A DNA stretch of 64,000 nt from Aulosira sp. ZfuVER01 (GTDB lineage Bacteria; Cyanobacteriota; Cyanobacteriia; Cyanobacteriales; Nostocaceae): assembly GCA_034530615.2 (NCBI GenBank), contig JAVRCV020000005.1, forward strand, positions 20,256-84,255, in the 5' to 3' direction. The notes below the pieces were generated by a model. It did not search any database. It was not told the DNA's origin and saw nothing but the letters and a program-made list of their open reading frames with translations. Of the stretch, positions 53,384 to 63,949 are shown piece by piece (position 1 is the first letter of the stretch; each line of letters starts with the position of its first letter). The position numbers were made by a program, and so were the translations under genes.

Positions 53384-55306
53384 TTACCTTCTTTGTAAGT
53401 ACTTGAGAATTCCATTAGCGATCGCTTCTGCCATCCGATTCTGGTATTCTCGGCTTGCCAACCTGGGATTGTCTTCCCGACCAGTCATATAGCCTGTTTC
53501 CACCAAAATAGAAGGCATGGAACTTTTCCTGAGGACGTAAAATCGGGCTTTACGTGTTCCTCGGTCTTTGATGGTATTGATATTCTGGAGAATAGTAGTG
53601 CGAACCGTTTCAGCAAGGCCGTAACCGCTGTCGTAATAATATACTTCTAAACCATTTACATCAGAGCGTTTATCAATCGAATTAGCGTGAACGCTGACAA
53701 ACAAAGTCGCATTAACTCGCTCTGATATATCTACCCGTCCCTGAAGTTCTACGAAAAAGTCAGCATCCCTTGTTAGTACTGCTTGTACACCATTTTTCTC
53801 TAAGATCCGGGCGATTTGAATACCAATAGGCAAAACCACATCCTTTTCAAGCAGTCCACCTAAACCTGGTGCGCCAGAGTCCTTACCACCATGTCCTGGA
53901 TCAATCACTACAAGTAATTTTCCTCTGGGAACTGTGGGACGCGGTCCTGGCTGCGGTATAGTTCTAGGATTATCCGTGGGATCTGGCAATTGTCCTTGGG
54001 TTGGTGGCAGCGGCGGTAAAGCTACAGGTGGAATTCTTGGAGATGTGACTGAACGAGAGCGTTGTAATTGTAGAGCTATCAGCTGACTGCCGACTTGGTT
54101 AAGTTCGCCAATTTGTACTCCTGCGGCTGGTTGAACAAAGACAACCACAGAATTCGGTGCTTGCGGCTGCAGCCGTACCCGCAGAATGGGGCTAGTCGCA
54201 TCTAAAGCAGGTCCTGTAACTCTAGGTGCTAACTTTGCATTCGGAATCGTAATGCGGAACAGACCAGTCGATCGATCCCAACCACTGGTAGCAGATAAAG
54301 CTTGGTCAGCGCGAATCAACAATTGGGTGCCATTGCCAGCGAGTTCGACAGCTTGAATTGTCGCTGGGGAGTCACTCACGGATGTTCTGGGCAACTGACT
54401 ACTATTTCCAGGTAATCGCACCACTCCACTATTGGGCAGAACCACAAATCCACCCACACTGCTGGTGCTGGCTCGCCAGTCTGGACTGTTGTTATCTACC
54501 TTCAGGGTCATCCGCACCACTGGTGGTTGTGTTTGGACTTGACTAAATAGGATGCGATTAACACCATAGCGATTAATCAATACATCCCGTTGCTCTAATT
54601 TTGGTGATAAAGATGCACCAGTAATGTCAATATTAACGGTTCTTTTGTCCTCAGTTCGATTGACCTGGATCTTCGGATTACTACCACTGGTACGGACAAA
54701 AAACCCATCTCCGGTGACTCGTAAGTTCTCAATTTGAGTTGCCCCGTCTGTAGTGTTGACCGCAGTTCTATTATCCGTGGGAGTAACAGGGTCAGTTTTC
54801 ACTACGTTATAAACACTTCTTGGGGGAAATAGTGTTGGAGATGTTGTAGAAGGAATTACTGTCTTTGGCATTTCTGTTTGTGGTCTATTAGCATCAGCTA
54901 ATGTGGCGACCTCATCAACTTTTGGATTAGGTAATTTTACTGTCCAACGACTGGCAGTGATGCCTGTAAATTTTACCTGTTGCGGGTCTAGGGTATAACC
55001 AGGAGTAAGCTCGACTACTAAGCGGGTTGTTTCTTTATCAAATTGCCCAACCCGAATCGAACGAATTGCTCCACCTACTGGTTGAGTTACCTGGGGACGC
55101 CCAAATACGGTTTGTGGCAAATCAATTACCAATCGGGTGGGGTTAAAGATAAGCTGTGCCTTTGGTTGTACAGCACCCGCAGTGTTGATTTCTAGCTGGT
55201 TTTGATTGGGATCAAAACGCCAAGATTCTAGTCTCGCTGCCAAAGCTGGCGACGACAGTATGAAGATAGTTCCAAAAGTACCGGGTAGTAACCAGTGTAA
55301 TTTCAC
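53384..55306 (-). CDS. amiC2: N-acetylmuramoyl-L-alanine amidase with AMIN domains (septal nanopore amidase type)
   Basis: Signal peptide, AMIN PTRLVIDL, Pro-rich linker, IDPGHGG...E...SVHAN...LVETGY; directly upstream of murI. Confidence 0.88.
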   Translation of the reverse strand: MKLHWLLPGTFGTIFILSSPALAARLESWRFDPNQNQLEINTAGAVQPKAQLIFNPTRLVIDLPQTVFGRPQVTQPVGGAIRSIRVGQFDKETTRLVVELTPGYTLDPQQVKFTGITASRWTVKLPNPKVDEVATLADANRPQTEMPKTVIPSTTSPTLFPPRSVYNVVKTDPVTPTDNRTAVNTTDGATQIENLRVTGDGFFVRTSGSNPKIQVNRTEDKRTVNIDITGASLSPKLEQRDVLINRYGVNRILFSQVQTQPPVVRMTLKVDNNSPDWRASTSSVGGFVVLPNSGVVRLPGNSSQLPRTSVSDSPATIQAVELAGNGTQLLIRADQALSATSGWDRSTGLFRITIPNAKLAPRVTGPALDATSPILRVRLQPQAPNSVVVFVQPAAGVQIGELNQVGSQLIALQLQRSRSVTSPRIPPVALPPLPPTQGQLPDPTDNPRTIPQPGPRPTVPRGKLLVVIDPGHGGKDSGAPGLGGLLEKDVVLPIGIQIARILEKNGVQAVLTRDADFFVELQGRVDISERVNATLFVSVHANSIDKRSDVNGLEVYYYDSGYGLAETVRTTILQNINTIKDRGTRKARFYVLRKSSMPSILVETGYMTGREDNPRLASREYQNRMAEAIANGILKYLQRR

Positions 55307-56140
55307 AATCCATTCTCCTGATTTGCATTCATGGGAGCTGTTAAGCTTTCAAAATATTGGTAAATCCTCACACCGTCACCGCCCAAACTTTAGCTTTAAT
55401 GCAGCAAAAGCATTTCGCGCTTCGATAACGACACAGCTAATGGCGTAAAATTTTAGCATGTACCTGCAATTTTGCCATGCTGTTAGCGCTACGAATTTTA
55501 ACCTGCAAAGCATCAGGGTACACCAAAAAAAGATAACTAGAATTAAACTGACTCAATCAATCTTAATTAATGAAATTGCAATCAACCAAAACTTGATGTT
55601 AATCTGTTTGACTGCTAGTAATTAATGCACCAAGTGTAAAAATCCAACTACTTTAAACTGGTGTACTCAGGCTAGTGACAGCTACTCTTTAATATTTAGA
55701 AAAATATTTATAGATGGGTGTGTCGAGCAGTACAGATGAGATTAATTGCCTGTAAAAGCGAATCGACATTTATAGATTTCTCAGCATAAATAACTTAAAA
55801 ATGGGGTATTGAGGCTTGAGAATTGGGTAGCCAGTCGCGTGGTGTTAGGGTAGTAACACAGGAGCATCGGTAGTCCGGTATTGAGCGCTTCCACGCCGCT
55901 TGCGTCATGGTTGTGCCAAACCTGGCGTGAAGGACTAGCGTGAAAATAGGAAACATGTAACAGAGAAAGAAATATTTTCATCAATTTTTTATGTGTGCAG
56001 CATATAGAGGTTCCGTCTGAAAAAAAAGTAAAAGGAAAGAGAATATTTTTGCCAAATCTTGGTATGAGAGTTAATGACTAATCAGTTGTATAACAATTGG
56101 TGTCATGAAGTCTAATTACTCAAATTTCCTACTTGTTTTC

Positions 56141-57131
56141 TTATCTTTGTCTGAGGTACTGGAGGATACCGCGAGCGATCGCTTCCGCCATTTGATTTTG
56201 ATAACCTGAAGTTTGTAACTTAGCAATATCCTCCCTACCAGTCAAATAGCCTGTTTCTACAAGAATCGAAGGCATGGAACTTTTTCTGAGGACGTAAAAC
56301 CTGGCTCGCCTTACCCCTCTGTCTCGGACATTCAAGCTTTGCAGAATGCTGTTATGAATAGTGCGAGCTAGACCTAGACCACTGTCGTAATAATACGTTT
56401 CTAAACCACTAACATCAGGACGGCCTGCACCTGCTGAATTAGCATGAATGCTAACAAATACATCAGCCCTAGCTCTTGCTGCCATATTTACTCGTCCTTC
56501 CAAGCTGACAAAGTAGTCAGAATTTCGAGTCAAAATCACCTGCACGCCGTTTTGCTGCAAAATCTCTGCCACTCTTCTGCCAATGGGTAGGATAATATCC
56601 TTCTCACGTACTCCACCAATTCCAATAGCTCCAGGGTCTTTGCCACCATGTCCAGGGTCAATGATAACTACCATTCGCCCATGAGGAATTGAAATTTAAT
56701 CCACTAGAAACACTGCTAATAGTATTTGTTAACAACTTATCAACATCTGGCTTAGATAATTTTACAATCCAGCGTCTGTCAGTGATGCTGGTAAATTTTA
56801 CCTGTTGCGGATCTAGGGTATAACCAGAAGTGATTTCGATAACTATGCGGGTTGTCTCTTTGTCAAACTGCCCAACACGAATCGAGCGAATTGCCCCACC
56901 TACTGGTTGCGTCACTTGCGGACGACCAAATACGGTTTGTGGCAAATCAATGACTAAACGGGTGGGGTTGAATATCAGTTGTGCCTTTGGTTGTACAGCA
57001 CCCGTAGTGTTGATTTCTAGCTGGTTTTGATTGGTATCAAAACGCCAAGATTCCAGCCTTGCTGCTAAGGTTGGTGATGCTAGCAATAAGATAGTTCCAA
57101 AAGTACCAGGTAGTAACCAGTGTAGTTTCAC
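56141..57131 (-). pseudogene. amiC1: Shortened, frameshifted AmiC (one AMIN domain plus amidase_3), split into two ORFs
   Basis: 56658-57131 encodes signal plus AMIN; 56141-56674 encodes the catalytic domain; span is 991 nt, one more than 330 codons; shift near 56695. Confidence 0.8.
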
Positions 57132-57739
57132 AGTTTGTGCTCTTGATTCGCATTCATGAAAGTAGTCAATATCTCAAAATATTGGCAAATTGGCACACTT
57201 TTACCACCTCAAGTTAGCTTTAATGTCTACTTGACCTTTAGCACTATTATCAAGACATACAGAATAAGGTAAATTTTATACATTTATCTCATTTGCTATG
57301 CTGTTAGCGCTGAGAACTCCAATCTAAAAAGCATTAGGTGAAGACTGCAAAGGATAAGCAGAATTAACTTTAACTAGTAAATCTCAGTCATTAAAACTGG
57401 ATTTAGTCAGGAATTGAATTGCAGGTGTGCGATCGCTACCCCAAGTCTCAACTGATGTCGTTAGGCTTGTGAGTGCTAATTCCTAATTGCTGGAACAATG
57501 ACTAAACATAGGATGAGAAAACAGGGAAAACCTGGAAACAGATCGCATTCCGAATGCTGATTTGAATAATCAAAAATTAAAATTGACAATCTTAGGGGAC
57601 GGAGATTCGGCACGAGAAGTTTCCTATGAGCATAGAAAAATCCCCAACATACTCGGAGAATACTGACACAGAATGCTATGCAGCCCACACCTATAGCTAT
57701 ATCTGAGGAAAAGTCACTACGTGTCTACGCAACTAGTGA

Positions 57740-57772
57740 CTGAGTTCTGAATAATTCCCATTCAGAACTCAG
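57740..57772 (-). terminator. Inverted repeat after the antiporter
   Basis: CTGAGTTCTGAAT-N7-ATTCAGAACTCAG. Confidence 0.6.
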
Positions 57773-57827
57773 TCTTAATCTAACTCAAGAGGCAATGAAC
57801 AGGGTGTTTTTACCTAAAGATATCTAT

Positions 57828-59306
57828 TCAACCTTCCTGAGAATCAGGAGATGATTCCAAAATACTAGAATCGTTTGACTTTGAGACCAACAACTGAGGT
57901 TTTTCTATGGTCAAGGATGGAGCCGAAGCACCATCTAAAATCAGTTGCTCTGAGTCTGTGCCTACAGTATCTGTTTCTGGGAAGACAAACCTTAACAAGG
58001 GAGGAGCTAAAAAGGTTGTCAATATCACCATCATGATAATTGCTGCACCCAGTGGTTTGGAGAGCGCCCCACTAGCAGCACCAACCCCAGCAAATACCAA
58101 TCCGACTTCACCTCTGGGAATCATCCCCACACCAATTGCTAAACGGTTGATTTGTGGTTGACCAAACACAGTTAAGCCTGTGATGACTTTACCAATTATG
58201 GCTACTACGATCAGGAAGGATGCCATAACTAGACCTTCCCGATTGCTAGGAATGGCTGGGTTTAATACCCCTAAATCAGTTTTTGCACCAACAGCTACAA
58301 AGAAAATCGGCACTAACATATCGGCAATGGGAATAACTTGCTTTTGCAATTCTTTGCGCTTATCTGTCTCTTCCAATACTAAACCAGCAGCAAAAGCTCC
58401 TAGAATTGCTTCTAATTGAATAACCGCAGCCAGATATGCCATGACAAAGGCAAAGATGAATGCTGGTATTACCAACTCACCTCGTGTTTTCAGGCGATCG
58501 ACGATCGCGACAAATGTCTTATTGAAAACATTACCAAGTAGGATAGCACCCAGTAGGAAAGCAGTGGCACTGATAATTAAATAAATGACTTTTGTGACAT
58601 CTACCTCACCATCTTTAGCCAGGCTAGCAACCACTGCCAAGACAATAATTCCCAGTACATCATCAATTACCGCAGCACCGAGAATAATCTGTCCTTCTTT
58701 AGAATTGAGTCGCCCTAGTTCGGAAAGCACTTTAGAAGTGATACCAATACTAGTAGCAGTCAAAGCCGCCCCAGCAAAAATTGCAGGTACAGCACCAACA
58801 CCAAACAAAGTCATCAACCCAACAGTACCCGCAGCAAAAGGTGCTACTACTCCTACTACTGCCACGATAGTAGCTTGGATGCCGACTGCCATTAAGTCTT
58901 TTAAGTTCGACTCCAAACCAATTTCAAATAGCAGGATGATCACACCCAATTCTGACAAAACAGAAATGACCTCTGACTGTGCTGTAAATACGCCATCAGC
59001 GGCTTGTGGACTTAACCCGGCAGTGCTTCGCAGAAAGGAAATAATCAAGGAACTGGAACTATCTGTACCAACTTCTGGAAACACCACAAGGTGCAAAACA
59101 GATATGCCGACAATTACACCACCTACGAGTTCGCCTAAAACAGGCGGTAAACCGACTCGATTTGATAACTCCCCGCCCAGTTTGCTAGCGAGGTAGATTA
59201 CCACTAAGCTTAGTAGCACTGCTGCTACTACCATTGAGCTATCTGCTGTTTCTGTTGTGCTTGCCAACAGAGGAAAAGACAAGTTCATTGCATCTAAAAA
59301 CTGCAT
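57828..59306 (-). CDS. nhaS3: CPA2 Na+/H+ antiporter (NhaS3-like)
   Basis: LFEIGLES, TATSIGIT, AVIDD, GMIPRGEV. Confidence 0.85.
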   Translation of the reverse strand: MQFLDAMNLSFPLLASTTETADSSMVVAAVLLSLVVIYLASKLGGELSNRVGLPPVLGELVGGVIVGISVLHLVVFPEVGTDSSSSLIISFLRSTAGLSPQAADGVFTAQSEVISVLSELGVIILLFEIGLESNLKDLMAVGIQATIVAVVGVVAPFAAGTVGLMTLFGVGAVPAIFAGAALTATSIGITSKVLSELGRLNSKEGQIILGAAVIDDVLGIIVLAVVASLAKDGEVDVTKVIYLIISATAFLLGAILLGNVFNKTFVAIVDRLKTRGELVIPAFIFAFVMAYLAAVIQLEAILGAFAAGLVLEETDKRKELQKQVIPIADMLVPIFFVAVGAKTDLGVLNPAIPSNREGLVMASFLIVVAIIGKVITGLTVFGQPQINRLAIGVGMIPRGEVGLVFAGVGAASGALSKPLGAAIIMMVILTTFLAPPLLRFVFPETDTVGTDSEQLILDGASAPSLTIEKPQLLVSKSNDSSILESSPDSQEG

Positions 59307-59731
59307 TGGTTCTGCGAAAATCCTTCTCTTTATTTTTACTCTTTTATCGAAAGCAGCTTTTTGGAGATTTTCGGTAAATTAATTCCGTTGGTATTAGCAA
59401 GGGCTGAAGCCCTTACTACAAAAGACTAATTTCTCGTTCTTCGTCCTGGTAGGAATAATTGTTGGGTTTGGTTTTCAGCAGCCGATATGCCATCAAAAAA
59501 ATCTCCATAGATTTTGGTGTGCTGTTTTAAGTTTCAAAAAATGTAACCATTCCAGCTTTTACCCATTGCAATGTCACAGTAGAAATACACAAATCGTATC
59601 TACTCAATTCATGAGAATTGTGCAAATCTCTTTGTGGCGGTTAACGGTTAACAGTTGACCGTTAAATGTGGATTGTTAGATATGCTTTATGACAAATATG
59701 CCTAGATAATTTTCCGAGGAGTGCAAATCTT

Positions 59732-60481
59732 ATGTATGGAGCCGCTTTATCCGGTTCTCAGTTTCGTCTTGGCAAATTTTGGAAAACTTTGCCTTTAGCC
59801 TTGCTGGTATGTATGACTTTTGCTCAACCTAGCTTGGCGCAAGAGAAAGAGAAATTGTGGCGCACACTTACCGTCAGTGGTCGAGGTATGGAAACAATTC
59901 CTACCACTCTGTCTCTAGTTAGTTTAGGTGTGGAAATTCAGAGTAAAACAGCAGAGGAGGTACAGCAAGAAGCAGCTCGCAGGTCATCAGCTGTGGTTGC
60001 GTTACTTAAGAGCCGTAATGTGGAGAAGTTACAAACTACAGGTATCCGTCTCAACCCAGTTTATAGCTATACCAATAATGTGCAGCGAATTACTGGGTAT
60101 GCTGCTAGTAACACTGTGAGTTTTCGGATTGCAACAGAGAAAGCTGGTACATTGTTGGATGACGCTGTGAAAGCCGGTGCAACACAAATTAACGGTATTA
60201 GTTTTGTTGCAACTGATGAGGCGATCGCTTCTGCTCAAAAACAAGCGCTGAGAGAAGCTACCCAAGACGCTCAAGCCCAAGCAGAAGCTGTTTTTGGTGC
60301 TTTGGGTTTGAAGTCTAAAGAAGTGGTGAATATACAAGTCAACAATGCTAGTACTCCGCCACCACATCCTCTGTTAATGCGTGCTGAAGCTATGAAGGTG
60401 AGCAATGCGGATGTGTCTACCCCTGTCGTTGGTGGTGAACAGCAGGTCGAAGCATCGGTGACTTTGCAAATTAGTTATTAG
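59732..60481 (+). CDS. SIMPL (DUF541) periplasmic protein
   Basis: Signal peptide, TLTVSGRG, GYAASNTV, GATQINGI. Confidence 0.88.
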   Translation: MYGAALSGSQFRLGKFWKTLPLALLVCMTFAQPSLAQEKEKLWRTLTVSGRGMETIPTTLSLVSLGVEIQSKTAEEVQQEAARRSSAVVALLKSRNVEKLQTTGIRLNPVYSYTNNVQRITGYAASNTVSFRIATEKAGTLLDDAVKAGATQINGISFVATDEAIASAQKQALREATQDAQAQAEAVFGALGLKSKEVVNIQVNNASTPPPHPLLMRAEAMKVSNADVSTPVVGGEQQVEASVTLQISY

Positions 60482-60530
60482 TCCAGAGTCAAGAGTCCAG
60501 AGTCAAATACTATGGACTCTTGACTTTTGA
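60481..60530. terminator. Heptamer-derived hairpin between SIMPL and ssb
   Basis: GTCAAGAGTCCA...TGGACTCTTGAC. Confidence 0.55.
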
Positions 60531-60538
60531 CCAAACCT

Positions 60539-60901
60539 TTAGAAATTTTCTGGCGAAAAATCTCCACCTCCGCCCTCACTATCACGCTTAGAACCCAACA
60601 ACTCTAGTTGGTCTACTCTAATAATGGGTGTAGATCGGCTGGCTCCTGTTTGGCGATCGCTCCATGTGTCAAACTTTAAAGAGCCTTTGATGCCAATTAA
60701 GCTGCCTTTACGCACATAATTGCCTGCAACCTCCGCCGTTTTATCCCATAATTCTAATGTGAACCAATCTGGTTCATCTCTGTTTCGCGATCGCCTATTA
60801 ACTGCTAGTGTCAATCTGCACTTAACACTGCCTGACTCAAAATATTTAATATCTGGGTCGCTGCCTACACGACCAACAAGGGTGACAACATTGATGCTCA
60901 T
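60539..60901 (-). CDS. ssb: Single-stranded DNA-binding protein
   Basis: NVVTLVGRVGSDP OB fold; acidic tail ending in F. Confidence 0.95.
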   Translation of the reverse strand: MSINVVTLVGRVGSDPDIKYFESGSVKCRLTLAVNRRSRNRDEPDWFTLELWDKTAEVAGNYVRKGSLIGIKGSLKFDTWSDRQTGASRSTPIIRVDQLELLGSKRDSEGGGGDFSPENF

Positions 60902-61234
60902 GTGCGTTACCTTTCAGTACATACGTACTTATTTATCCCGATTTCCATCATAGCGAATTGTGAAACTATTGAAAATATGTTAAAGATTTAGCAATATAGC
61001 TGTGTCTAAAAATGATACAAAATACTTGGGACAAAGTAGAAAACTATACGGATATACTGACTTAGTTAGAGAAGATTAGAAATTAGAAGACTGAGATGCA
61101 GTAAAGATTCTCAAAAGTTATCTAAAAAAATAGCCTGCTTTACTGGACTCAGGATCAAAAAAGTAATAGAATCCAGCACGATTAACTCTTACCGTCGTAG
61201 TCATTAAGTATCGCAAATAGGGGGCGTAGGACGC

Positions 61235-62278
61235 GTGGGTCTTTTTAGGAACTTTCGCTCATCGTGGGATATGGGTATCGACCTCGGTACTGCTAATACC
61301 CTCGTTTATGTATCAGGTAAAGGTATTGTACTCCAAGAACCTTCGGTTGTTGCCATCGATCAAAACGAAAAGATCGCACTGGCAGTAGGAGAAGATGCCA
61401 AAAAAATGCTCGGTCGCACACCAGGGAATGTGATTGCTCTCCGCCCTTTGCGTGATGGTGTAATCGCTGACTTTGACACAGCCGAGCTGATGTTAAAAAG
61501 CTTTATTCAACGTGTAAATGAGGGTAGATCCCTGATTTTACCCCGAATTGTCATTGGTATTCCTAGCGGAGTTACAGGGGTAGAAAGACGGGCAGTAATG
61601 GATGCAGCTACCCAAGCTGGCGCTAGAGAGGTTTATTTAATTGATGAACCAGTAGCTGCGGCTATTGGTGCAGGGCTACCAGTTGCTGAACCAACTGGCA
61701 ACATGATCATTGATATTGGTGGGGGTACAACAGAAGTTGCAGTACTCAGTCTTCAAGGTACGGTAATCAGCGAGTCAGTACGCATTGCTGGTGATGAACT
61801 TACCGAAGCAATCCTGCAATATATGAAGAAAGTTCATAACTTAGTCATTGGGGAACGTACTGCTGAGGATATTAAGATTCGGATTGGCTCTGCCTATCCC
61901 ACCAATGATGATAATGATGCAATGATGGAAGTCCGGGGCTTACATTTGCTTTCTGGTCTGCCACGTACTGTGACTATTAAAGGCCCAGAAATTCGTGAAA
62001 GTATGTTGGAACCGCTATCGGTAATTATCGAAGCGGTGAAGCGGACATTAGAACGTACACCTCCTGAACTAGCAGCAGACATCATTGATAGGGGAATTAT
62101 GCTCGCTGGTGGTGGTGCTTTGCTTAAAGGATTAGATACTCTCATTAGCCATGAAACAGGAATCGTCACACACATTGCTGCCGATCCTTTATGTTGTGTG
62201 GTGCTGGGAACAGGTCGTGTATTGGAGAACTTTAAACAACTGGAAAGGGTATTTAGCGGTCGATCCCGTAATATGTAA
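61235..62278 (+). CDS. mreB: Rod shape-determining protein MreB
   Basis: GIDLGTANT, DIGGGTTE, GGGALL. Confidence 0.97.
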   Translation: MGLFRNFRSSWDMGIDLGTANTLVYVSGKGIVLQEPSVVAIDQNEKIALAVGEDAKKMLGRTPGNVIALRPLRDGVIADFDTAELMLKSFIQRVNEGRSLILPRIVIGIPSGVTGVERRAVMDAATQAGAREVYLIDEPVAAAIGAGLPVAEPTGNMIIDIGGGTTEVAVLSLQGTVISESVRIAGDELTEAILQYMKKVHNLVIGERTAEDIKIRIGSAYPTNDDNDAMMEVRGLHLLSGLPRTVTIKGPEIRESMLEPLSVIIEAVKRTLERTPPELAADIIDRGIMLAGGGALLKGLDTLISHETGIVTHIAADPLCCVVLGTGRVLENFKQLERVFSGRSRNM

Positions 62279-62398
62279 CAAAAATATCAGATATTGGATT
62301 CCAAATACGTAGAATTCACTATCTGATATTGGGTTTTATATAAATAGAACCCCAAATTTCACAAACTTTTAAAGATATAAAAATTAAGGTATGGGTAG

Positions 62399-63214
62399 AT
62401 GGTTTTATCACGTCGTTGGTGGGATCGGAAGAGCCTACAAATTGGATTAATAGCACTGGTGTTAGGTAGTGCTTGGGTACTGCGGCAAACCCAAGGTACA
62501 TTTCTGCTGGAAATGTACCAAGGAATTACTCGTCCATTGCAAATCTTGCAAGCAGGGCCAACCCCTGAAGAACGACTCATGGATGCTCGGGCATTAGAGT
62601 TGCAAGCGCGCATCGCAGATCTTGAAAGTCAAAATCAACAGTTACAACATTTAGTAGGCTATGTAGAAAAAGAGCCAATCGCATCGCGCCCAATTCCCTC
62701 ACGGGTAGTAGGACGCAGCGCTGACCACTGGTGGCAACAAATTACCTTAGATCGCGGAGCCAATTCAGGAATTCAAGAAGGCTTTATAGTCAAGGCAGAA
62801 GGTGGGTTAGTAGGTTTAGTAGAGAGTGTCACCCCTAATACTAGCCGTGTGTTACTCATCAGTGACCTCAAAAGCCAAGTAGGTGTAACAGTCAGTCGGA
62901 CATCAGCCAAAGGCGTTTTGCGGGGAGATGCTTCGGCTGAAGCTGTATTGGAATTTTATGAAAAAGTTCCCAATGTGAAAGTTGGTGATTTTGTCTCCAC
63001 ATCAACTTATAGCCAGAGATTTCCTTCAGGTTTAGCCATAGGAAGAATTAAGTCTCTGGATTTAAAGAAGCTTCCAGCTTCAGTTGCCAAAGTCGAACTT
63101 TTTCCACCGATTCGGTCATTGGATTGGGTGGCTGTCTATCCAAAACCAGCAAACCCAAACCCAGAGTTAGACAAACCTCAACAGACAAACCCACAACCGC
63201 AAAAGTCTAATTAA
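62399..63214 (+). CDS. mreC: Rod shape-determining protein MreC
   Basis: TM plus coiled coil, LDRGANSG, GLVG, FPSGLAIG. Confidence 0.93.
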   Translation: MVLSRRWWDRKSLQIGLIALVLGSAWVLRQTQGTFLLEMYQGITRPLQILQAGPTPEERLMDARALELQARIADLESQNQQLQHLVGYVEKEPIASRPIPSRVVGRSADHWWQQITLDRGANSGIQEGFIVKAEGGLVGLVESVTPNTSRVLLISDLKSQVGVTVSRTSAKGVLRGDASAEAVLEFYEKVPNVKVGDFVSTSTYSQRFPSGLAIGRIKSLDLKKLPASVAKVELFPPIRSLDWVAVYPKPANPNPELDKPQQTNPQPQKSN

Positions 63215-63238
63215 ATTCCCCATAAGTTTTGCAACACC

Positions 63239-63856
63239 ATGAAGATCCCTGCATTTGCTGGTCGCCGTCAAAAAAAGTCAAAATCGCCAGCACGGAAATC
63301 CAGAATCAAAATCCCGCCGATCGCGCGTTGGAATCCACGTACACGGCAGTTTGTCGATTGGACAGTCACAGTTGGGTCTGTGTTGTTATGTCTAATGATG
63401 TTACCATCCCGCTTACCAGGGATGGAATTAATGGGCATTGGGCCTAATTGGTTGTTGATTTGGGTGGTGGCTTGGAGTGTTAAACGCACAGTTTGGTCTG
63501 GGGCATTTGCAGGTATAGTTTTGGGGTTACTTCAAGATGGGATGACATCACCTAATCCTACTCATGCCGTATCGCTGGGGATAGTGGGAATGTTGACTGG
63601 TTTGCTTCAGAAGCAGCGTTTTATCGAGGAAGACTTTATTTCCATTGCCTTAATTGTCTTTGTAATGGCGTTTGTCGCAGAGTCTATTTTTGGATTGGAA
63701 TTGAGCTTGATGGGCGATCGCAAAACTGAATACATCTGGACATATTATCAGCGCGTTGCTCTAGCTTCTGCTATTCTCAGCAGTCTTTGGGCACCAGTAG
63801 TTTACTATCCCCTTAATCGTTGGTGGCAAGAAATGAAATTGTTCGAGCAATCTTAA
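63239..63856 (+). CDS. mreD: Rod shape-determining protein MreD
   Basis: Hydrophobic; GPNWLLIWV, GLLQD; follows mreC. Confidence 0.9.
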   Translation: MKIPAFAGRRQKKSKSPARKSRIKIPPIARWNPRTRQFVDWTVTVGSVLLCLMMLPSRLPGMELMGIGPNWLLIWVVAWSVKRTVWSGAFAGIVLGLLQDGMTSPNPTHAVSLGIVGMLTGLLQKQRFIEEDFISIALIVFVMAFVAESIFGLELSLMGDRKTEYIWTYYQRVALASAILSSLWAPVVYYPLNRWWQEMKLFEQS

Positions 63857-63949
63857 AATTGCTTCGCCAATTAGTTTTCAGGTGTAAGCGGGATTAGGGA
63901 AAACACCATTTTGCAATTAAATACACCAAGGTAGGGGCACAACAATGTT

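Noticed and set aside
57476..57740. 70-aa ORF or possible sRNA upstream of amiC1
   Set aside because: No recognisable motif; the only clear hairpins are explained as the antiporter terminator region
58585..59196. 203-aa antisense ORF and other short shadow ORFs opposite known genes
   Set aside because: Antisense to well-supported CDSs; typical codon-bias artefacts
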